From the NCBI GenBank assembly GCA_965649765.1, contig OZ287753.1:17732001-17796000 (forward strand): 64,000 nt of DNA. The letters run 5' to 3'. Shown here piece after piece: positions 13,671 through 27,931 of this stretch. A model generated the notes under the pieces. It made no database searches. It saw only the letters and a list, made by a program, of their open reading frames with translations, and had not been told where the DNA came from. This stretch comes from Bispira polyomma (lineage: Eukaryota). A program made the position numbers and the translations under genes. Numbering within the stretch: position 1 is the stretch's first letter; every line of letters starts with the position of its first letter.

Positions 13671-13995
13671 GGCACCTCGGTGGTCTAGCAGTGGGGAGCT
13701 TGTCGGACTTTGGATCTGACGGTCCAAATTAGATCCTCGTTGCAGGCCTTGAGATTGTACCCTTGGACAACAGACACTTCACCCAAAGTTGTCCCTCTCC
13801 ACCCAGTTGTATAAATGGTTATCTGGCTGCTAACGTGTATCTTAGTTTCTCCACCGTATGTGGCAGCATGGATAGTATGCTCCCTTAGGGAGCTGACAGT
13901 AAACAATTGGTTGACAAGTGAAAGAACCCAGGCTGGGGTGCAAACTGTGTAGAGCGATTTGAAAGAAAGCGCTATATAAACGCAAATTTACATTA
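13671..13995 (+). mobile_element. CORE-like SINE with L2-like 3' tail
   Basis: A-box 'tggtctagcagtgg', core 'cccttggacaacagacacttcacc...tgtataaatgg', 3' 'agagcgattt...aaagcgctatataaa'. Confidence 0.65.
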
Positions 13996-16900
13996 AACTC
14001 GCCTCCCACCTCAGTTGTTGTGTGTTTGAATATCGGCCCTGGCAAATAGGTGGGAAAAGTTAGCTTAAGGCCGGTGGTTTCCAGAGCAGAAAACACTTGA
14101 CCAACAACCCTGTTTTGATTTCCTCAACCAGTTAACCGGTCATCGTGATACGACAACTGAACATGTTGAAAGATAAGTTAAACTCAAACAAAAGACTATA
14201 TTTACATATGTCCCTGATGTACACAGCTTTATCTGATTAAGGCCATTCTAATAAGGAAACATTTACAAGCACAACTGCATGGGTAACCTTAAAGTGAGAA
14301 CTGCCATAAGGGTCACACAGATGTGTCAGATCTTATAACTGATTGATGAAGAGTTCAACCAAACAGTGTGTGTTGCAGTTATCTGCTAGAGCCTTATCTT
14401 CTTTGGTTATATTTTCAAACCCTGAAATCAAATGCCATTGGTCTTTTTTCATAAAATAGAACCATTTACATATCAATTGTATATCAATGAGGTATGCCTC
14501 AGCCTGTAATCGTGTAATCTTACCTTTAGTCTATTTACATATTACCTATGTTACTAGTACAGAGCCCTGTACTCACATGCCTGTACATATACTCAATTTA
14601 AACTCATACTAAACTCAAATCTGGATTATCTATAATTTTGGATATAGTAAACACATGTAAAAATAAGATTTTATATTTGAATTCAGCATTGAAAGCACTA
14701 TAAAACGAATGGTCACATGTATAGGTTATTTTTCTATGTACAATGATTTCTACAACGAGTATAAGTTTAAGCATTATCTCAAGAATACCAGCCCTGGTTT
14801 TTAGTCCTTGTCACAGATGTGTGGGGCATTAATATGCACTGCTAGATAAATAAGACAGTGGCCATCTTTATACTCTCTGTAGCTTTAGAATAATGTTACT
14901 CTGTCTATATGATCAGAAGTTTTCTTTTCATCAAGAGAATGTTTTTTTTTAACTTTTTAACTCAATATTCACATTACGGAAGAGAAGAAGGGTCAAAATT
15001 TAAAGATAATATCTGTGGACTTATTTTCTCAATAAATCAACCATCTTGATTGTTCGACTTAGTAACTCAATCTATCAACTTATGTTTTGCGATCAGTCGA
15101 CTTATCTATTGCGATAAATTGACTTTTAATGTTTATTTATCGACTAACTAAACACATAAAAATATATTTATGTTTTCGTAATTTTTTTAAAGGGGTCACA
15201 TAAATTTTTGAAAATATATATATTTGTTCACATATTTTTCAGGCTAATTATCTGAATTTGCTCACTTATTATCATGATAAATTAATATACTTATCTCATA
15301 TCTCGATAGCAAATACAAAAAAAAAATAAGTTTTCTTATTAAACTTCTCTAGAAATACAATACTGTTAATCTCTCTCCATGATGCATTATTATTTTGCTC
15401 AGTTGTTAGGTTCCTTAGTTTGATAGAAAGATGCACAAGTCTCATAAATACTTTACCAAGTGTTTAGCCACTATGATCCCTCTTTTTTTTCACGACCCTT
15501 TTCCTTCTATCGGACTATTCTTTTGTTAATTGCCTAGAATGTGCGCCACAAAGTGAAAACTTAACATTTTAAAAATTATTTACATATTACAGTATTTTAG
15601 CTACTTCTTGGAAATTTGTAACCTATACATATTTGATCTATTCCATCCGTTACCTTTTTCTGAAAGCACCTCCAATGTGACCTATTTACATCAGCCTAGG
15701 ACCTACTTAACACCTGTCCTCAGCCACAATCTCCCTAGATTTACTGACCATTTTATGCCCCTTAATATTTTTCACTTTTGGGTTTCACCACACAGAGTTC
15801 CATTTTTTCCACAAAGCTGCGAGCCGACACAGACTTCAATTTACATTTTATTTAGTTCTTCTAGTCTTCCATAACAGACATATGTGACTGGTACTAAATA
15901 TAACCTGACAGATAAATGAAGCCATGGGTGCCTTTAGCTGTAAAGCCTTTGTATTCTGTAAGTTTCCCCATTTGTAGTAAATCATATTCTACTTATTACA
16001 TATAAATAAGGCTATATTGACTAGGGTCTGACAGTCTTCTTTAACTGTATACTCTGTTACAAGTATGCCTATGTTTCTTACCAAAGGTTCGTATTTTTAA
16101 AACACTTTCGCAACTGGGAGAAAACTACCGCCCCGCTAATTAAAAGTGTTTTTTGCCGTTAAAAATTAGCTTACAGATAGCTGAAGTTACTAAAACTCAT
16201 CCCAAACCACTTCCGGTTTTCAATAACGACCTCGCGTATATTTATTTTATTAAAACAGGAAAATTCTGTTGTACCAACAAATTCCTATTGCAAGGAAGTA
16301 AAGGAAAATAGAAGAATATTTATCTCAAGAAATTTTTCCTTTAAAATGGAGAACAAAATTTAGTAGTCCCACAAAGGGGAATGTTTAGATCTGCACTGTT
16401 TAGTGAAAATCCTGCTTAAGTCAAATTTATTTCTCATGCTCCATCGAATTTCGACTTAAAGGGGTTCGACCATGTGTATAAGACATAAGGGTGGGGGGGG
16501 GGGGTTGTGTGGGTTAGGCTATCATGCTTTATTTAAATTACAACTGCTGTGGCACTATACAAGAACCACTAGCTAATAAACGTGTTGAATATAAATTAAT
16601 TCTTGGTGAAATAATTTGAGATGTAAAACTTATCAACAGTGAAAATCATTCATAGCATATTGCACAAAAATTGTGAATATTATTTCATTTATGGCAGTTA
16701 TACAATAAATAATTTATAAGTCACCAATCTACATTTTCTAAATAAATGGTTTAGCAGAGCACAATAGTTCGAATATTTTAGTAGATATTCGTTTTTACTT
16801 CTACTTAAGTGTGAATCTATTTAATATATATCTTTAATCGTACTTTATATTATACAATGAATGAGAAATTAAATATATAGAACTACATTTAAAAAAAAGA

Positions 16901-17469
16901 GAGAAATACAGTACATATACAGTTACTAGTTATTCTAATTTTATATTTATGACATTATACATGTATATTATGGGTGACACAGATATCATCAATGGGAGCA
17001 CAATGTGCCTCAATAAGCCCAGGTCATATGGGATGGCTGCAGTTTAAGTCTCATTTACTGTGTGATATAATAATATAACATTATTGTTGTTTTTTCTGTT
17101 TTTTATTATTGTAACAAGATGTTGTCATTCGTGCAGGTGGCACTTAAATAAAATTAATTCTCTGAAATTTATAAAACGTCAATTTAAATCAATTCTCTAG
17201 GAATTATTAAATGTCCATTTAAATTTAACAATAACCAGGTAGAAAAGAACAATCAGTTTAAAGTAACTCACATATTAAAGTTTTCAAATTTAAACTATTT
17301 TAAAATAACTCAGATAGAAATGTTCATACCTTGTTCTGGTTTTCCAAAAATATCCATTCTTTTAATTTGTTGTACTATTACTATGTATTTCCATGCATTT
17401 TAGTATTTGTTTTGTTGTTCCATTTTTAATTACGACAACACACCCAAAAAACTTAATAGTTGTTTGTAA

Positions 17470-18310
17470 TAATCACTTTATCAGGGATGTAACATTTCAC
17501 TAGTATAATCACTGAATCAGGGTTGTAAGATTTCACTAGTATATCTCTGTAGACAATCACCGAATCAGTGTTGTAAGATCACACTATCTCTGTATAGATC
17601 AGATACAGACAATCACTGAATTAGGGTTGTAAGATCACACTATCTCTGTGTAGACCAGATACAGACAATAACTATGTGTTCATTGCGCTACCAGCTACAA
17701 ACTACGTGGTGTCTGTGAGTGGCACAATCCTTTATACTGTCTCTCCATCTTAGGGAGACACACACACACACACATTCACTGTGTGATAAGTCTAAGTCTA
17801 TCTTTCCATTTCTATCACAGGCGATATTGCACTACACACACATACACACACACATGCATGTAGTGTGATGAGTCTAATAGCGTCTGTCAATCTCATTACA
17901 GGGTATCTTCTACCACACATACATACACTCACTCATGTATTGTGATAAATCTAATGCTATCTGTTAATCCTATCTATTACTGTCTGCCAATCTTAATGCA
18001 TGTTATATTTTACCGCACACATATACACTGACTCACACATGTATTGTGATAAGTCTGTTACTATCTGTCAATCTTATTACATGGTATATATTGTACCACA
18101 AACACATATATACAGCGACTCACACATGTACTGTGATACGTATCATACTATCTGCCTTTACAAGGTATGTTCTACACACATACATACACTGACTCCCAGA
18201 TGTATTGTGATAAGTCTATTACTGTCTGTCAATCGTATTACAGGGTATATTAATTCTACCACTGACACACACACACTGGATTATAAGTCTAATACTATAT
18301 ATCAATCTCC
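17470..18310. repeat. Two adjacent degenerate minisatellite arrays
   Basis: Units of 35-52 bp (AATCACTGAATCAGGGTTGTAAGAT) at 17470-17670, then CA-rich units of about 65-80 bp (CACACATACATACACTGACTC...TGTGATAAGTCT) at 17755-18310. Confidence 0.8.
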
Positions 18311-19649
18311 CTAAAGCACAGTGTCTGATATTAACCCATGACAAGCCCCTTAAGCCCCAAACAATAACAACACTGTCAATTAGATGAGAGCTCTCCAGTC
18401 ATTAGCCCAGTGTTTACAAGATATTTCTATTTTCCATAATGGTCTGTGTCTTTCTTCTCAAATTAAGTAGATATGAGGGTGACAAGCATAGAGTTTAATC
18501 TGTGCTGGACTTCTCCCTTTCTTAAATATTATCTCTTCATGAACAATAATAATCTTTAAAAAGATCCCCGAAGATATTGAGTTTTGAATTTGAATTGGGA
18601 TACTTCACGTCCACTCTAGTATCTGTTTAGGTTATATTGGGACGGGTAGTTGGAAACGCTGGAGGAAACACTGCATACAGTTGACTCTTAGTATACCTTA
18701 ACTGTTAAGTCAGGTTACTGCCTCTAAAACAAGCTCAACCCCTTCGCTATGTTGAGGGCAGCACTTAAGAACTCTTAGTATACCTTAACTATTAAGTCAG
18801 GTTACTGGCTTTCTATTGTTCAGTGTTGTAGTTACAGACTATTGGCTGTGTGGGAAGACATTACACAAAAGTCCACTACAGATGTTCAGTCAGTAAAACC
18901 CTCAGAACTCGTTAGTGGTAGCCACTTAGATCTCACCCAATTAAATGAGACTTCTGTTAAATCCCTGTCTAAACACCCATGACACTAATTAGGGACACTG
19001 TCAGTAGCAACTAGGCCAAAACTAGCCTCTTGCAAATTGTCACCCCCTTTCTTAATGACCAGGGGGTTTTCTTTATTTTGTAGTGTTGAATGTAAATATT
19101 GCCTATTGCCTACAGTGTGTGTGTGATCTTGGCAGTGTGTACCTTGCTTAAGGGCTTCTATACACTGCCCACGACACAACACGACTAGGGGCTGTGGTGG
19201 CCTAGTAGTCATAAATCACTTTAAAAATCACTGGCCTCTCACCTAAATCTAAATTCTACACGACACTACACTACAGAGGACAACACGTCACTACAGTAAT
19301 ATTCGCATCAAACATTACACAGTACTACATAATCCACAATATATCACCAAAACTGAGGTTTTGTGTTTGCCATTCGCCATTTGTGCACAAGCAATATACA
19401 AATACGCAATGCCACGACATTTTTTTAGAGATTTCTCCAAGCTCACTTGCCGTGTCGTGGAGAGTGGTTTAGTCGCTATTCACACATTTCAACCTCATAT
19501 GTTGACACTTTAAATATAGAAACTCCATTGACTCGCAGTTAAATTCAGAATATGTCAATTCAAAATTGAATGTCAACCAGTCTATGGTTAAGGATGGTCA
19601 AAACTTTGCCAGGAACATTTGATGCAGTTGTCTAATAGGGTGGTCACAC

Positions 19650-20090
19650 TAAGTATAATTGGGTTTACGTTTAGTTCGTTTCTTATTTGATGAAATGCAA
19701 GCAAACGGAAGTAAACAAAGTGAAAATTTAGAAAACATAAGTGTTTCTATTATGGCCTTCACGCATATTGAGACGCACAACACATGAATTTTTAACTACG
19801 TTTATGATGTAGGCAACATTTCAAATTAATTTTAATTATGTTCCATACAAGTACCTCACATATTTGGATCTCATTTGCCACGTTTCAAATATGTTATATT
19901 TGCTTCACATACGTCTCACACATTCAATACGCAAAATTCATTTTAAATTTGCTTATTATTACGCTTTTATTAAGTCGAATACTTATCAGTGGATATTGCA
20001 CAAACGTAGCATACTTTTGTGCTGCTTGAAATGATGGTTTGTTACTTATGTTTACTTTCGCAAACATACGTTAAAAAACATTCATATACG
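19650..20090 (+). repeat. Dispersed repeat of about 450 bp; inverted copy at about 37040-37480
   Basis: 'gcaaacggaagtaaacaaagtgaaaattt' and 'tacctcacatatttggatctcatttgccacgtttcaaata' match the reverse complement of 37240-37440. Confidence 0.7.
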
Positions 20091-21479
20091 CATACCCAGT
20101 GTGAGCATTAGATATGGGTTTTGTTCAGGTTTCTAAGTTTGATAGAAGCATACACATATCTGGGTAGGGACAATAATGGCTGAGAATCGCACCGTTTTTT
20201 TGCCACAGTTGTCCGGGGCGTAGCTAGTGTAGAAGCCAGAATGCCCAGGCGTACCAATCCAATTTAATGAAAAAAAAATTAAAAACATAATATTAAAGAA
20301 AAAAATAATACAAAAAAAAATAAATGACAGAATCCCTCACCCCCCCCCCCCCCCCCCCTCGAAACGAATTTATGTTAGCACAAAAGCAAACATAATATTT
20401 TGATAAATTTGGGAGTACCAAATGAAAAATCGTAGCTACTCCCCTGGGGTCAGTGTTTCCCAATACAAAAAATACTAGGTTTTCCCAACCACTTTGTTCA
20501 CCGGCATCTTGTCCTGGATTCCCTGCCAACTTTGCTCACATACTTGGGGATGGCACGGATAGACACGTAAATCGGGTGAAATGTCCCTCTGCAAATGTCC
20601 CTCTGCATTTAATGCTTATTAATGAGAACGGACTTCAAGGTCCCTTTGAAGTTCTTTGATTTTATTACTGTATCATATCAAAATTTTCGCTAGGAATTTA
20701 TTTTTAGCTATTTTTGCACATGACTTTGAGAAATGACATTTTTTTACAATGAGAAATGTTTATCATAATGTTTGAAGTAAAATATGGCCAATAGTTAAAA
20801 ATAAATTAAATTACAAGGTATTCCTTCAGAAATTGTAACTAACAGGTATTTCTTTAAAACGTCATATATTTATAAGTAGCATTCTTACCTGGTACCTTCT
20901 TCTAATATACTATGTTTACGCCCATTGCTCGTAAGGCATACTTAGCCTAAACTCATACTCAACTCAAATCTGGATTCTCCATAACCTGAATACAGTAAAC
21001 ATCTCAAAAAAACCCATTGAAAGCTCTGTTGTAATGAATGGTCACAATTAGAGCCTACTTTCACGCACTATAATTTCCTTCTTGTTGATTTGTTGATATT
21101 TGCTACCGTTCAATATATGTTAAAAATCGTCAAAAACAAAAAGTGAGAAAGACCATTAACCAATATTCTGACATGTAGATAATAATTGTGATATCCTTAA
21201 TATCAATAGGAAAGGATATAAACAGTGAGAACAACAAGCAGTAAAATGTTATGGCTCGTACATTATCTGTATTTATTGCTCGACTAATAAAGTTTGAGTC
21301 TCAGAGAGAATTAATCATAAAGTTTATTTCGTCTGGCTCGTCAAGGAATGAAAAAATAGAACTTCCCACTGGATCAATGAAAATGTAATAAAATTAAAGT
21401 ATTTCTATCTAGTACTCGTAGTAGGATCAATAAAAATGTAATAAAATTAAAGTATTTCTATCTAGTACTTTCTTCGGAG

Positions 21480-22423
21480 AGTGATATCCTTAAACTTATT
21501 ACCTCTTCTCCTCTCAACTCTTGAGACTTAGATCCCATTCCTGCTTCGGTTTATTTCCAAATGTTCTTCCATGTTCTTATTGCACCAATTACTAACACAG
21601 TAAACTTATCACTGCTGGAAGGCAATTTTTTGCATGTTTAAAAACTGCTTTCGTTAAACCCCTACTCAAGAAATCCAGCCTTGATAAAAACACAGTAAAC
21701 AAATTTAAGCCAGTTTCTAATCTTAGTTTTATTTCCAAAATTATTGTAAAGACTGTGGCTAACCAGATTAATGAACATATTCAAAAACAACAAAGCAGCC
21801 AACCAACACCAGTCTGCAGGAAACATCACATGACTGAAAGTGTTTTGGTATATATGTACATATTTGTAATGCATCCAAAACTCCTTAGCCAGACTGGTGA
21901 CCAACCATTTCAAGTACTCCCGTGTTACTCCTGTTTTAAGAAATCTCCACTGGTTACCCATCGAGTTTAGATGTATGTTTAAAACAGCTACCTTAGTCTA
22001 CAAATTCTTAAATTATGGCCTTCCACCATACTGGAATCCGTACCTCACACTTTACACATGCAGTCATAATACCAGAAGGAGCAGACCGGAAAAAAGTGAC
22101 CTGACAGTTCCAAGATTTATCTCAGCAGTACACAAGTCTAAACGTCAGTTTAACAATACCTTTGTCCATGATGCTCCAGCACTTTGAAATGAATTACCTG
22201 CAGAAATTTGTTGTGCAACCTCACTCACACCCTTTAGAAAAAAACTTAAAACCTACCTGTTTGACAAAGCTTTTTCACCATAGCCTAAATTCACCCGGCG
22301 TCTCCATGGTGCTGACCCATGCTTGTTTAACGGAAATGCAAATTGAATAAGGATACTCTCCTGCGCTTTAGAATCCCCTAAGAAGGAGAGTTTAAGTGCT
22401 ATAAAAGTTAGATTAGATTAGAT
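21480..22423 (+). mobile_element. L2-clade LINE relic (internally deleted RT plus 3' end)
   Basis: Degenerate 'DLDPIP', 'KPVSNLSF' and 'LHWLPIEFRCMFK' segments. 3' UTR stem GCGCTTTAGA...TTTAAGTGC with a (TTAGA)n tail. Confidence 0.85.
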
Positions 22424-22449
22424 ATATGTAATGACATCTGACTTGTTCT

Positions 22450-23225
22450 TGACAAATGTGAAGTTACTGTTCTGACACTGCTGGACCTGTCAGCAGCTTT
22501 TAATACCATTGACTACAACATTTTAAAAGACACATTAGGAACTTGGTTTGGCATTGAAGGCCTTACCTTGAGGTGGATTGGTTCATACCTTGCCAACACA
22601 AGCCAAATAATCAAAATTGATGATCCATAGTCATAACAAATGCACTCCTCAGCAGCCGATTGGACTGCTGCAGTTCTCTAATTCTTGGACTAAAGAAGTT
22701 TCAGCTGCAAAGGCTACAGTCAATCCAGAATCACTTGAGCAGAGTTGTGTGCCATGTGGGATCTCACGCCAGTATGACTCCTTTTCTCAAAAGCCTCCAT
22801 TGGCTACCAATCAAGTAGTGTATCATCTCCAAGATTAATTTTACTATATACAAAACCTATTTCAGCCCACATGTCTTGCCTCATTGCTGTCTTTTAGCAG
22901 GCTTACTAAAAGAACAAAATCTCTGATACCAGAACCAGTAAACGGATTGAATCCTATGGCTTCTCTGTTGCAGCACCAACCCTAAATAATTTACCAGCCA
23001 CTATAAGATTTAAAAAAAACGTCTTTGGTTCAAAAGCAACCTTAAGACCCATCTCTTCACCCTCGGTTACCCTCCATTGAAATCTTTCTCTACACGTCAC
23101 CTCTTCAATCACAAATTTGCATTAGATACACACTAAATTTTTTACAACTTTGTCAGTTATGTTGCGCTTTAGAAGATGCCTGGTATCAATTGAGCGCATT
23201 AAAAATCTATTATATCATGTCATAT
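22450..23225 (+). mobile_element. Second L2-clade LINE relic
   Basis: 'LTLLDLSAAFNTID' and 'WFGIEG..LRWI' segments. 3' end 'gcgctttagaagatgcc...tgagcgcattaaaaatc'. Confidence 0.8.
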
Positions 23226-25739
23226 ATTAAATATTTATAGATTAATTAAATCACTGAATCGATGCAAATCTAATAAAAATTTAGTATTTTTTAGGAGAAT
23301 TTTAAACTACAAGACCAATGAAATAATAAAATGTAGATGTGTTATGCTATGCATTTTATAAATCTAACATGAATTATTTTCACTATTCAAGACGTTGTTC
23401 ATCAATGATGAAATTAGCTGATAGTGTTGTTTTAGCTTCAAGATATTTGATCATATATATAACAAATAAAGATATATATTCACCTTATATTGAGAAGGAA
23501 TCCTATGTGAGGTCTTATAGAGGTCTTATAAATACTAACTAATTCTCCTCCCTGGAACACCACCACACAAGATCGAGTTTCAACATTTGATGAGGAGGAA
23601 ATTACAATATTTGCAAGGTCTTCACACAAGCGTCCCCAGTAACTGCTCTACAAGCCAAAAACTGTCCTTTGGCTTTTCGTTCACTGTCTGTCCAATGTTT
23701 AGCCATACAAACACCCATACACTTACAGATGTTCTTGTTTAAGAATTGCAACAGTTTTAGTACCTCAATGCTACTTACTTTTTTGTTATTATTTTTTTTT
23801 CCTTTTATGTACAATTGTGTATATATAGAATCTACCCTCAGCGACTGGTTAAGTATGTCTTTTCCATGCTCTACTTGGAATAACAGTGATTTTTCTGTTT
23901 CCAAAAATAGGTGCAGCAGAAACACACCCAACAAAAACAAAAACCACCATTTGTGAAAGGAAAGTTGATAGGTCCAAAGTGCTGCCTCATTTTCAGCTTG
24001 TTCTTCCTCCTTTAGAGGTATGTCTTGTCAAGTGCATGTCAATTATTGGCTTTTATATCAATACCAAATATATAAAAATCACCTCTCCTTCCACGGAAAC
24101 AATTTTGGGTGGGGGGGGGGGGGGTGCAATGAACACTGTTTCTTCCCCTCTGTTCAAATGTGAACACATTGTACCTCCAAAACAATAGAAATCTTCTGCG
24201 CAATAAATCACTTATATTTTGGCTCCACACTTTTAATGATTTATGAGCTGTTAGTGACTAGTATTATATAGACATTTAGAAAAACACTTCAATTACAAGA
24301 CTGCAAGCGAATATCGTCCACACTTAATTTGTTCAAAAGTTCCATTAACTGATCAGCATGTTTTATGTCTTTTTGTGTTTCCTATATATCCTGTTTATTT
24401 TACTAGCCTTTTAAGATTGGCAGAGTTAAAACATCTTTCACTGTTCTTTATAACATACACATTTATATATTGGTCACATCTCAAACTGTCCCCTTCACAC
24501 TTCTCATCTATCTTTATAACTTCTAGACTGCTACCTGCAATAAACAAACACAACTTTTAAAGAAGCAATAAATTTCATCCCTTTTATGGGTATAGTTTGC
24601 TGTAGCCTTGCTTAAGGCTCTGGATTGCAGCCTGATATTGTTTTCATTCTTAAAAGGGCGCCACCATCTTAGAAATAATATGTAAGGCCTTCATGGATTG
24701 GTTAGAAGCAATTGATCCGTCCAAAGTGAGGGGTGTCAGGTTTTTTGTTATCAGACACAGCGTCTTTAGTGGCCATTTCAACATTAGTGTATTTTACACT
24801 GTGCACCTATGTCTTTTTAAAATGACAACTGTTGTTTTGCCACTAATTCAAGATATGTACACATTTGATTCATTCATATAAGTAACAGCTTCTATTCTTT
24901 CTTGGCCAAATCCAAAGGTCTTCATTTTGGCCAGAAAAAAATGAGATGTTACTCATATCATTAAGGGTGTAATAATATATTGAATTGTTGAATTTAATCC
25001 ATATATTCAAGCAATACAGTACATTGCGATATGAAATTGGAAAAGCAATGTATTGGTATGCATCATTGTCATATCAAAATCTTTTGGATATCGCTTACTT
25101 CTTGGTGACCTAGAAGTAATGTATGAGGCATTACAAAACATTTGTCCGCGCTTGAACCTAAATTTAAAAATTCAATTAAAATTTATCAAAAACTATTTAT
25201 TATTAAAACTTAAACTCTTAATCTTACTGAAGTTAAGGTGACCTTAAACGCTGTATTATACTTGTTATGTCTGAACTGTATATACATATTGCTAGCTTAG
25301 ATCTTAATGTAATAAAATATTTAACTGCGTTCTTTTCTACTGCTTTCAAATGTTTAGTTGGTTAAATATCCCTGATCTAATACCAAAACCGAAGACTGTA
25401 CAAGATATTTGTCCACACGAGAAGCAAAATTAAAGCGATGGATAAAGTTTACACTGAATAATTGTTACTCTTTTTGTCATTATTTTTACAGTTGGTTTCA
25501 CTTTCGTTTTACTGCTTCTCACTACACAAGCTTTAGTACATGGACAGAAAACTCATTTGGTTTTGAAACTTAAAAATGTATTATTACTGGAATATATATG
25601 ATCCAATATATTGCATTACATACTGTGAATAGGACTGGAATATATTGCAATATAGCTCCATACATTTTTCAGCCGCAATACTCACTGTTCATTAGATATG
25701 GTTAGATTAAATAGGTTCCAAACTTTAGGAGACTTTCTG

Positions 25740-26082
25740 AAACAAACATGGGCCTTAAAACAAGGCTGATAAAAGTCGTCTGCTACAAACACACAGCTAG
25801 TGTTAACACTTCTCTCACAACCATTTGCAATAGTTCTCCATTGATTCTATGTGTCTCCTCTCTATGATACACAATATAGATGGCTCTGCCTTTATACAAA
25901 GTGTGTACTAGTACTAAGGAAGAAATAGAAATAAACTACCTGCCTTCAGATTTTTTCTTTCATACATACATCATGTACCATGATACACATCAAAACTCAC
26001 ACAGTGATTATCTCATTTATCATTCACAAACATTCTTAGAATGTTCTTAGTCTCAGGCAATCAGATTCTCTGAAACATATGT
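25740..26082 (+). repeat. 343-bp direct repeat X, left copy
   Basis: Matches 31384-31726 with one substitution seen (ctgcctTtatac vs ctgcctCtatac). Confidence 0.95.
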
Positions 26083-26196
26083 GATAGTCACTGCATTAAG
26101 CATGGCTTCTCAGTCGCAGAAATTTCATATATTACAGTAATGCTGATAAACAATTTGTTTACTGAGACAGCAGCCTATTAGAACACTTACTGATAG

Positions 26197-26311
26197 CCAA
26201 TAGCAGGCTGGTTCACTCAGGCATTTTGCCGCCCTTTCTATTGTGAGGGCATTGCAAAACTAGAAGTTGAATAAGCAACAACTAAAATTTTGAAAGAAAC
26301 GACGCCATCTT
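26197..26311 (+). promoter_or_regulatory. Putative E1 promoter: CCAAT, E2F-like and YY1-like motifs
   Basis: CCAAT 26197-26201, TTTGCCGC 26225-26232, CGCCATCTT 26303-26311. Same order in the E2 A repeat. Confidence 0.55.
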
Positions 26312-26479
26312 GTCAATAGATAAAAGTTGGCAAGATTCAGAAGAGTTTTACAAGTTTTAGTGTTTTATTAATTTACTTATACATCTTATACCATTTATTT
26401 TATACACAAGTGTTTATCATATACAAGGAGGGTGTTAAACGGATTATTACATTATTGTGAACAAATCCTACGACTCATC

Positions 26480-27931
26480 ATGGGCAGAGGTAAGAAGCGT
26501 CAACCTGCTACAAACATAGCTTCGTGTTCTCGATGTGACATCTCACATACCAGACCTGTTGGGAGCAGATGTAAACGTCAATTAGTGTCGGACGAAATAG
26601 GAGGCTTGCAGAGCGATTCCATAACTACACACGACCACGAAACTTCGATAAGCATGAGCGAATCTGGCACAGCCGTAAGTAGTGATTCTTTCTACCGGGA
26701 CGCGTTTCATGAACAACAGTCCATGATGAATAACATTTTAAAAACAGTGTCAAAATTACAAGAAGATATGTCCGCCCTGAAAGAAAATAAAACCCGCTTA
26801 CGTCCCATGAGTCCTGACAAAACTACAGCTGAATTAGATCAACAAGGTTCAGGTCCACTGATCCGACAGAAGTTTAATAGTCAGTGCAGAAGTAGCACAC
26901 AAGTGCGTACACAGCCTCAGGGTACACTTCGCAGAGATTCTCGTCTACCGATTCCAGATTTCTACAACGACGTACCTACACATTCACATAACCGTGCACA
27001 GAATACACCTCAGTCAGCAGCATTACTACCCACACCAAGCATCGTGTCTCAGGGGCAGAACCTATTCAATACGACGTCTCAGAGACTGCTTCCAAGTGAA
27101 CAAGTTCCACAACAAGCGGGTTGCACAGGTCTTCAGCCACATCACAACACGACTGCACACAATGCCTTCTCACAACAAGCGACAAACCACACACAAAGAG
27201 CAATGCAAGATTCGATCATCCCATCTACAGACGTACTTCGGCAGTCCTCGTTAATACAAAACGAAGTAAGCAGACGATTGGCCCAGTATGACAGTTGGTC
27301 AAGCAGCGACTACATTCAGGGTAAGTCAACTAAGAAAAAGTCGGGAAGGTACAACATTTCAGAAGTTTGCATATCCGACCCAATAGTACGTTGGCCAAAT
27401 GAGGGAAATTTAGCCGGGGTCTCAAAGAAACGTATCGCATATGATGAACTCACAGTAGCACAATTTGGCGCGGGTCAAATTCAGAACATTTTACAAGTTA
27501 AAAACCAGGTCATAGCGACAGCTATGCTAAAACAGCTAGGTGATTCATTAAGAGACAGTGCCAACCTATCCTGGCAAGTCGCGCGGGGCGCATACGCCTG
27601 TAGTATGCACGATGTGGAAGAGGGAAGGCTGTGTTGGACGGATGAACACAAATGGGCGATGAATCGCCTGTCCTACTCCCAAACGTTGATTTCAAATCCA
27701 TCCGGAGCATCAAATTCCACTAACGCGTCTGGTAACAAACCCGAGATTCCATGTCGACATTTTCAAAAGAACACTTGTCAACACAAAGGTGACCACGAGG
27801 GCCACTCAACCGTCTTCAAGCACATCTGTGCTAATTGTTTCCGCATTTCCAGACGACAGAATCCCCATCCGGAAACCAAGTGTTTCAAAATACATGGGAA
27901 ACCAGAGGTCAACACGACGCACACTCAATAG
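26480..27931 (+). CDS. gag: E1 ORF1, Gag-like protein
   Basis: First ATG at 26480 (the track start 26432 is GTG). N-terminal CxxC-x3-H-x7-C motif and C-terminal Cys/His cluster (CRHFQKNTC..H...HICANC..HPETKC) are conserved with E2 gag. Confidence 0.85.
   Translation: MGRGKKRQPATNIASCSRCDISHTRPVGSRCKRQLVSDEIGGLQSDSITTHDHETSISMSESGTAVSSDSFYRDAFHEQQSMMNNILKTVSKLQEDMSALKENKTRLRPMSPDKTTAELDQQGSGPLIRQKFNSQCRSSTQVRTQPQGTLRRDSRLPIPDFYNDVPTHSHNRAQNTPQSAALLPTPSIVSQGQNLFNTTSQRLLPSEQVPQQAGCTGLQPHHNTTAHNAFSQQATNHTQRAMQDSIIPSTDVLRQSSLIQNEVSRRLAQYDSWSSSDYIQGKSTKKKSGRYNISEVCISDPIVRWPNEGNLAGVSKKRIAYDELTVAQFGAGQIQNILQVKNQVIATAMLKQLGDSLRDSANLSWQVARGAYACSMHDVEEGRLCWTDEHKWAMNRLSYSQTLISNPSGASNSTNASGNKPEIPCRHFQKNTCQHKGDHEGHSTVFKHICANCFRISRRQNPHPETKCFKIHGKPEVNTTHTQ

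Noticed and set aside
18000-18314. 104-aa ORF with repeated HIYTDSHMYCD
   Set aside because: It is a translation of a minisatellite.
23602-24188. Overlapping 95-112 aa ORFs with some Cys residues
   Set aside because: They have non-ATG starts and no recognisable domain, and cannot be told from chance or decayed TE sequence.
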